Sequence record: KU726251.1
DNA length: 64,000 nt
Reading direction: 5' to 3' (one strand)
Shown: piece by piece, positions 58,784 to 64,000 of the stretch
Position numbering within the stretch: position 1 is the stretch's first letter
Layout: each line of letters starts with the position of its first letter
Program-made: the position numbers and the translations under genes
The notes under the pieces: generated by a model
Seen by the model: the letters and a program-made list of their open reading frames with translations, nothing else
Told to the model about the DNA's origin: nothing
Database searches by the model: none

Positions 58784-58836
58784 TCTGAGATAGATATTAT
58801 CTACAGGGACGTAACCTTAAGGAGAATTTATTCACG

Positions 58837-59571
58837 ATGCTTAAAGTCGAAGTGCCAGTGCTTTTAAACCTCACGCCCCAGTTCTTTGAAGCGTTGTTCG
58901 AAAAGCATTGGCCCGCGTTCGCGAAGAACGAACTAAAGGATAACCCACAGTGGTATCCTCTGCGCGATGAATTCAAGTATACAGCCATCAACGTCTGTAT
59001 AGAAGTCTTCACTGCATGGTTACAAGAGATGTACGACTGCATCAACACCGAACGGTTGTTCACGCTAGAACATGTAGAGATTAATGTTGTTGACGTCTAC
59101 GAAGGTTACTCCTACGAAGAAGGCATTACTGCCACGGGGTTAAGCCAGCAAGACGTTGAAGAACAAATCTTTGCGTGGATCGAGTGGTTCACGGAAAAGT
59201 TGATGCTGGCTGATTTTGTCACGCAAGTGGAGGACGTATTCATCCCAATGTACGAGCGGTTAGCTGAGATACGTCGTAACCATCGACTGCTCGGTTACTG
59301 GTATGACACTTATACCACCTCCTCAACACTGTGGTCTTCCGCTACTGCCGCATTTGGCATAACTGATGGCGATTACGATGTCGTTCATTCCGGCCCTTGG
59401 CAGTATGGTTTCGGCACCCTGTGGCACGAGCTGACCGATGCCATGTGTCTGGACTTTTATCTGTGTGAAGGTAAGTTTTACACGGATAACTGCGTGAGCC
59501 AAATTCCGAATGGTGCGATGGTGGTGATGTGTCGCATCCGTAAAGAAGTCTCTGAGAAACTAAACTACTGA
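58837..59571 (+). CDS. Hypothetical protein
   Basis: RBS aaggag, preceded by the early-promoter-like motif at 58786. Confidence 0.65.
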   Translation: MLKVEVPVLLNLTPQFFEALFEKHWPAFAKNELKDNPQWYPLRDEFKYTAINVCIEVFTAWLQEMYDCINTERLFTLEHVEINVVDVYEGYSYEEGITATGLSQQDVEEQIFAWIEWFTEKLMLADFVTQVEDVFIPMYERLAEIRRNHRLLGYWYDTYTTSSTLWSSATAAFGITDGDYDVVHSGPWQYGFGTLWHELTDAMCLDFYLCEGKFYTDNCVSQIPNGAMVVMCRIRKEVSEKLNY

Positions 59572-59584
59572 AGGAGTATTTAAA

Positions 59585-59956
59585 ATGACGCAAGACGAAT
59601 TTGAAACGATGGTAAAACAATACTTTAAAGAAGGGACTATTCTGTACATAGTCGCACCCGAGAGCGAAAACTGGTTGACGTTATCGTCGCGGGTAACCAC
59701 CCTACGCGGCCCAGTTTCTCAAGAAATAAGACAGATGGCTCGTATAGTTCGAGATACCGCCATCCAGGGCGGTAAAGTCGTCAGCTTCTCCCACCTCTCT
59801 CCGATCGGCCACTCTAACTTAGAAACCGAAGTTGATGTGGTTGCAACCGTCGGTTTCGATTTAGACGGCTCCCCAGGCACTAGCCTTGTTGCCATTAAGA
59901 AATGGCGTGGATACGATGCGATTCCATCGCCGGGGGTTTGGCCAGCTACCAGCTAA
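59585..59956 (+). CDS. Hypothetical protein
   Basis: RBS aaggag, 123 aa. Confidence 0.6.
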   Translation: MTQDEFETMVKQYFKEGTILYIVAPESENWLTLSSRVTTLRGPVSQEIRQMARIVRDTAIQGGKVVSFSHLSPIGHSNLETEVDVVATVGFDLDGSPGTSLVAIKKWRGYDAIPSPGVWPATS

Positions 59957-59966
59957 TGGGGGCGGT

Positions 59967-60374
59967 ATGTTAAAGGTGTATAGCGAGTCATTGATGGACT
60001 TGCAAGAGTATCTAAAGCATGTGGAAATTAACGGCAACCGTGGAATGATATACTCCATGGTTGTCGAGATTTTAATTAAAATCGTGCTTGTTTCATTCCA
60101 CGCGGCAGAAAATGGCACTGCTGTACCAGGAGATGTTTATAAAGGCGTTATTAAGCATCTTAGCGACCGCTACAGTTGTTTACGTGAACCGGATATCTTT
60201 AATGAGGTGCAGCGTGTTGTGTTGCTTATCCTCGACAACCGTGAAGATTTGGCGTACAAGCTTGCGCATGAACTGGCAGACACGTCACAGCACGGCGGAC
60301 AACTGAAGTATAACGTTGTGGATCTCGTAGCGTGCAGATACTGGTATACGCAGCCCGAGGTAAGTAACTTCTAA
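59967..60374 (+). CDS. Hypothetical protein
   Basis: ATG 59967 follows the previous stop codon. Confidence 0.55.
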   Translation: MLKVYSESLMDLQEYLKHVEINGNRGMIYSMVVEILIKIVLVSFHAAENGTAVPGDVYKGVIKHLSDRYSCLREPDIFNEVQRVVLLILDNREDLAYKLAHELADTSQHGGQLKYNVVDLVACRYWYTQPEVSNF

Positions 60375-60384
60375 GGAGTATTAG

Positions 60385-60923
60385 ATGCAAATCGTAATAG
60401 ACTTCGCTCTGTCGGAGTCGAGACGTCAGTTAGATGAAATTCTGTTAGGATTAAAACGTGACGTGGAATTTGAACTTCACGACGCGTTGGCCGTCCACGA
60501 AAATCGTTTGTCTGACGAAATAGGTTCGGGTGTAGATGTGGCTATCTGCGACACTGGGATATGGTAAATCAGCTTATTGAACGTATGTTCACTCGGCTGC
60601 GTAACATTCTGAACTATCCCCATCGTTTTGAACTGGTAGAAGGGACGGACCAAATTACCGACTTATTGAGTGAAGCCTTTGATAAGGTCGGTGAGTCTCT
60701 GGCGGGGTTACATCAAGAGAACCTGGGCGAGACATACGTTGCTGTGGTCATTAACGGGCAATCATCGAACGTTACGGACACGGTAACATGGTCTGATATC
60801 GTTGACCAGCCAATCATTGACAAAATCACCAAGCTGTATCGTGAGGCGGAAATGAAGGTGCTGGCTATCTGTCGTCGTGAACTACTGTATCTCGGCGAGA
60901 AATATGGGAAACCTGTTGAATGA
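60385..60923 (+). CDS. Hypothetical acidic helical protein (~179 aa), split by a 1-nt frameshift at ~60557
   Basis: Restoring one G gives CDTGDMVNQLIER, joining 60385..60567 and 60561..60923. Confidence 0.6.
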
Positions 60924-61462
60924 AAATATTCATTGATTTACTCGATGACGAATTTCGCGAAATATTTCCAGCGGCGTTGTTCGAGTTTAAGCGTAAGTGT
61001 GAAGACTATCTGATACCAAAGAATATCGATCGTCAGCACCTCGCCGGGCTTATCTCTGCGGCGTACGTCAACATCGCGGTAAATGAAGTTCATCAACTCG
61101 CGCAACGTATTGCTTGTTTTGAATACAACGATGAAGACATTGAAGACGGCTTCCTGCAGTCTAAGATGGGTCGTTTCTCGCTCGAACTTAAAACCGATGA
61201 GGTTATTGATAAAGTCGGTAAGGCGTTTGATGAGATGAAAGACATCGAAATGATGATCAAGATGTCTGGTCCAGAAGCAGGCCCATTGAAAGAAGCGTGG
61301 GAACATCTCAACCGCGACGAGTATAAAGAGATGTACATGGGTGAGTTCACCACCATGTTACGTCACCTTGAAGCACAGGTCTGGGAGCATATCGTTTCGC
61401 GTCTGAAAGAAATACTGATTGTGGTCGAGCCAATGCAGCCTCTTTCTATCAGTAAATTCTAA
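60920..61462 (+). CDS. Hypothetical acidic helical protein (180 aa)
   Basis: Similar length and M.I.ID N-terminus to the corrected upstream gene. Confidence 0.6.
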   Translation: MKIFIDLLDDEFREIFPAALFEFKRKCEDYLIPKNIDRQHLAGLISAAYVNIAVNEVHQLAQRIACFEYNDEDIEDGFLQSKMGRFSLELKTDEVIDKVGKAFDEMKDIEMMIKMSGPEAGPLKEAWEHLNRDEYKEMYMGEFTTMLRHLEAQVWEHIVSRLKEILIVVEPMQPLSISKF

Positions 61463-61486
61463 ATCGGTCCGAAATAAAATAAAGCC

Positions 61487-61513
61487 TACCCACTCCCGTA
61501 AGGGGAGTGGGTA
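61487..61513. terminator. Bidirectional terminator, family member 5
   Basis: tacccactccc-gtaag-gggagtgggta between convergent genes. Confidence 0.8.
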
Positions 61514-61524
61514 CTGCTTACTTT

Positions 61525-62280
61525 TTATTTTTTGTTTGCTTTCAGGGTCTTGAGGCGATCACCGGTTACGTTCAGGCATTCTGTCAGTTCATTAATCTGT
61601 TTCATAAACAGTCCGAACAGCTCAACCCAGTCAGCACCCATGTCAGCCATTTTCACTAACTCTGCCGCCACATTAGGATGGACTTGTGAATTAGAGATAA
61701 TGTCCACAGAGACATTGATGCTTTCAACTGTACGGTCAATACTTTTCTGAAGTTTCTTAGTCACTTCCAGGTTCAGCGCTTTGGCACGATTAAATGCAAC
61801 GTCAATCTCGCCTGCGCTGTGGTAGGTCTTTTCAATCGGACGCTGGTCAATGACGTTGTTGGTATACGACTTCGCCAGTTTCTCAACCAGATCTTTTGGA
61901 TTGATATTTTTCAGCGGGTAGTTCAGGTCTTTGAACTTAAACCCAATCGGCAGAGTTAACATGCCCAGGTCATGGGTCATCGCACCGAAACGTTTATCGA
62001 TGGGTGTTAAAACCCCTTCCTGAATCTTCTGGAGCACAGCCCATACAGATTCCAACCGTTCTATGTGGTCCATCACATACGTGTTGAAGCCCGGAGGTAC
62101 GGGTACAAGCATTCCGGTAAAGTTTAAAAACTTCTCTTGCTGCATCCACTTGGACACATCAGACATGTCGTCATAGGTGGTCAGCGCGAGTTCCTGTTGA
62201 GAGCCGCTAAAGGCTTTAGGCAGAATCGTGGATGCTTTGGCAACAAAGCCCGACAACGCTGCAAGTGGATTAACATTCAT
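61525..62280 (-). CDS. Conserved jumbo-phage protein (probable virion component)
   Basis: 251-aa helical ORF, RBS gagg, located between the RNase H block and the recombinase. Confidence 0.6.
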   Translation of the reverse strand: MNVNPLAALSGFVAKASTILPKAFSGSQQELALTTYDDMSDVSKWMQQEKFLNFTGMLVPVPPGFNTYVMDHIERLESVWAVLQKIQEGVLTPIDKRFGAMTHDLGMLTLPIGFKFKDLNYPLKNINPKDLVEKLAKSYTNNVIDQRPIEKTYHSAGEIDVAFNRAKALNLEVTKKLQKSIDRTVESINVSVDIISNSQVHPNVAAELVKMADMGADWVELFGLFMKQINELTECLNVTGDRLKTLKANKK

Positions 62281-62378
62281 TCTATCAACCTCGAATATAT
62301 AAGGGATTGGGCTACATAGTAAGTCTTTTACGTATCACCCAAACCTTATGTACGAGAACTGCATAAAGGTAACATCTG

Positions 62379-62678
62379 ATGAGAATCAAATTACTGACTC
62401 GCGCTTTAACCTCTCGTATCGAACCTGAGATTTACACCACCCCGACGAAGAAGAATACCGATGGTAGTCCGATCGTGGTTGGTAAAATCCTGAACGTGAC
62501 CACTCGTGCTGATGGTCAGCGCGTTCTGGAAATCGAAATCGACGAACGTAACCGTAACCGCTTCAAGGGCATTTCTAATATCAACCCTAAAGATGACAGT
62601 CAAGTCACCGAGTGGGCAGAAATGCATTTCGAAGTTTGGCATAAACGTCGTCTGTTACTCCCACTGAAAAAACGCTAA
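62379..62678 (+). CDS. Hypothetical protein
   Basis: RBS aaggt, 99 aa, directly upstream of the recombinase. Confidence 0.6.
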   Translation: MRIKLLTRALTSRIEPEIYTTPTKKNTDGSPIVVGKILNVTTRADGQRVLEIEIDERNRNRFKGISNINPKDDSQVTEWAEMHFEVWHKRRLLLPLKKR

Positions 62679-62693
62679 TTGACGGAGCGCTAA

Positions 62694-64000
62694 ATGGCAG
62701 GTCCAGCTAAACAAGTCATGGGTGAAGTGATTCGCCCTCGTTTTAACGTATATACCATCATGGACCACGCTCTCGGTAACTACGAGCGCGGGGAAGATGG
62801 TTTGTACTACCTCAACGGTGGTTTTGCCCACATCATGGGCTTCGCAGGTCGTGGGAACACCTTTAAGTCTACCCTATTAGACTTCTGCATTTTCATGATT
62901 CTGCAACGTTATAATGCGGCCTGGGGATCGAAATACGATACCGAAGTTACGGCAGCATTAAGTCGTCTGGAAACAGGGTACATTTCCGCAGCGAAAGCAA
63001 ACGGATTAGAAGTATCACCAACGGGCGGCGTGCTGGACCTGATCCACGAAGGTCGTTACAACATGGTTGGCTCGGATATCATGGCGGGTGAGGAGTATTA
63101 CTCTGCTTATATCCGTGACGAAGTCGAAAAACGTTTCAAAGAGTATATGGCTGGTAAGGCACGCGAAACACCATTCCCTGACCCAATCCGTCGCTCTGCG
63201 AAAAAGATTCTCGACCCGTGGTTGTACTCGATTGACTCCCTGTCCGAATGGCACACCTCTTCTCTGGAAGAGAAACATGCCAAATCAGAAGTCGGTGATT
63301 CTGAACAGAACATCCTGAACGCCCACGATGCCCTGCAGAAATCGAATATGATGAGCCGTTGGCCGTCTGCGTTTGCGCGTGGTGGTTTCTATATGGGCTT
63401 CGTTGCTCAGTTGGCCGACGATGCGGGTAAAGCAATGGCGGCAGGTGGCCGTGGTGGACCGAAGGCGAACGGTAAACTGTTGGACGATGCAGGCGATGAT
63501 CTGAAGTTTGCGGGTATCCCGCGCCGTCAGTTGTCGTTCTTAACTAACTCCCTGCTGGTTGCAACCAAGTCTGGTGAGTTGAAGCAAGATCAGACTTACA
63601 ACGCGAAGACCGGTGTAAACGAAGAGAAATACCCGACTGCGCGTTCGAAGGCAATGAATGCTTCGGTGAACGACCTGAAAGAAATCGTGTTCACGCAGTA
63701 CCGTGCGAAAGGTGGTCACACAGGAGTTAAGTTCAAAATGGTCTTCTCACAGGAGATGGGTCTGCTTTATCACCTCTCTCTGTGGCATTACCTGAGCGAC
63801 ACACTGAAAGATGAATGGGGCTACAAACGTAGTGGTGCTAATTATACCCTCGATTTGCTACCTGGTACATCTTTCATGCGTACCACGATTCGCGACATGT
63901 GTGACAGCAACCCGCGTTTGCGCCGTGCGTTGGAAATCACCGCCGCATTAGCGTACATGCAGAATAACTACCACCGACTGGAAATGAAATACCATCTCTC
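62694..64000 (+). CDS. UvsX/RecA-like recombinase (3' end outside the window; absent from the ORF track)
   Basis: Hand translation MAGPAKQVMGEVIRPRFNV...GFAGRGNTFKST (Walker A)...YSIDSLSE (Walker B)...FVAQL. RBS ggag. No stop before the window end. Confidence 0.75.
   Translation, partial: MAGPAKQVMGEVIRPRFNVYTIMDHALGNYERGEDGLYYLNGGFAHIMGFAGRGNTFKSTLLDFCIFMILQRYNAAWGSKYDTEVTAALSRLETGYISAAKANGLEVSPTGGVLDLIHEGRYNMVGSDIMAGEEYYSAYIRDEVEKRFKEYMAGKARETPFPDPIRRSAKKILDPWLYSIDSLSEWHTSSLEEKHAKSEVGDSEQNILNAHDALQKSNMMSRWPSAFARGGFYMGFVAQLADDAGKAMAAGGRGGPKANGKLLDDAGDDLKFAGIPRRQLSFLTNSLLVATKSGELKQDQTYNAKTGVNEEKYPTARSKAMNASVNDLKEIVFTQYRAKGGHTGVKFKMVFSQEMGLLYHLSLWHYLSDTLKDEWGYKRSGANYTLDLLPGTSFMRTTIRDMCDSNPRLRRALEITAALAYMQNNYHRLEMKYHL

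Noticed and set aside
56527-64000. Inteins, introns or homing endonucleases in RNase H, the recombinase or SbcC
   Set aside because: No C/S...HN splice motifs, LAGLIDADG or HNH signatures were seen, and the proteins read continuously.
1-64000. tRNA or rRNA genes
   Set aside because: No cloverleaf with T-loop GTTCRA and matching acceptor stem was found in the intergenic gaps by eye. A tRNAscan-SE run would settle it.

Overview
This window is part of a jumbo myophage genome of the phiKZ/SPN3US-like group (Chimalliviridae-type gene set, probably an enterobacterial host). No host chromosomal genes, tRNAs or CRISPR arrays were seen. Layout: (1) 1-10104 (+), an expanded family of tail/baseplate-peripheral virion proteins in repeated A-B-C triplets, ending in a fibre with a T-even gp38-like glycine-rich adhesin. 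(2) 10210-13525, GH108 lysozyme, DUF1353 protein, M15 peptidase, a counter-oriented lipoprotein and a virion protein. (3) 33426->13605 (-), one long co-oriented block of four paralogous baseplate/long-fibre proteins. It runs directly into three paralogous Cys-Xaa3-repeat peptides (one hidden by a frameshift and absent from the ORF track), an unknown protein, two radical SAM enzymes (one with a SPASM-type C-terminus), another unknown protein and a DUF4376 protein. This RiPP-like peptide-modification system inside a tail-fibre operon is the main finding. (4) A central spike gene and a signal-less DUF1471 gene. (5) 36345-52631, an accessory/early region with secreted Cys-pair paralogs, an SbcC-like ATPase, GNAT, macrodomain and lytic transglycosylase. 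(6) Conserved core: virion proteins, spanin pair, DEDD exonuclease, RNase H and a UvsX/RecA-like recombinase running off the end. Caveat: about 11 genes are broken by apparent single-base deletions, mostly in short homopolymers, which suggests consensus errors in the assembly. All family calls come from motif recognition by eye, not from database searches.
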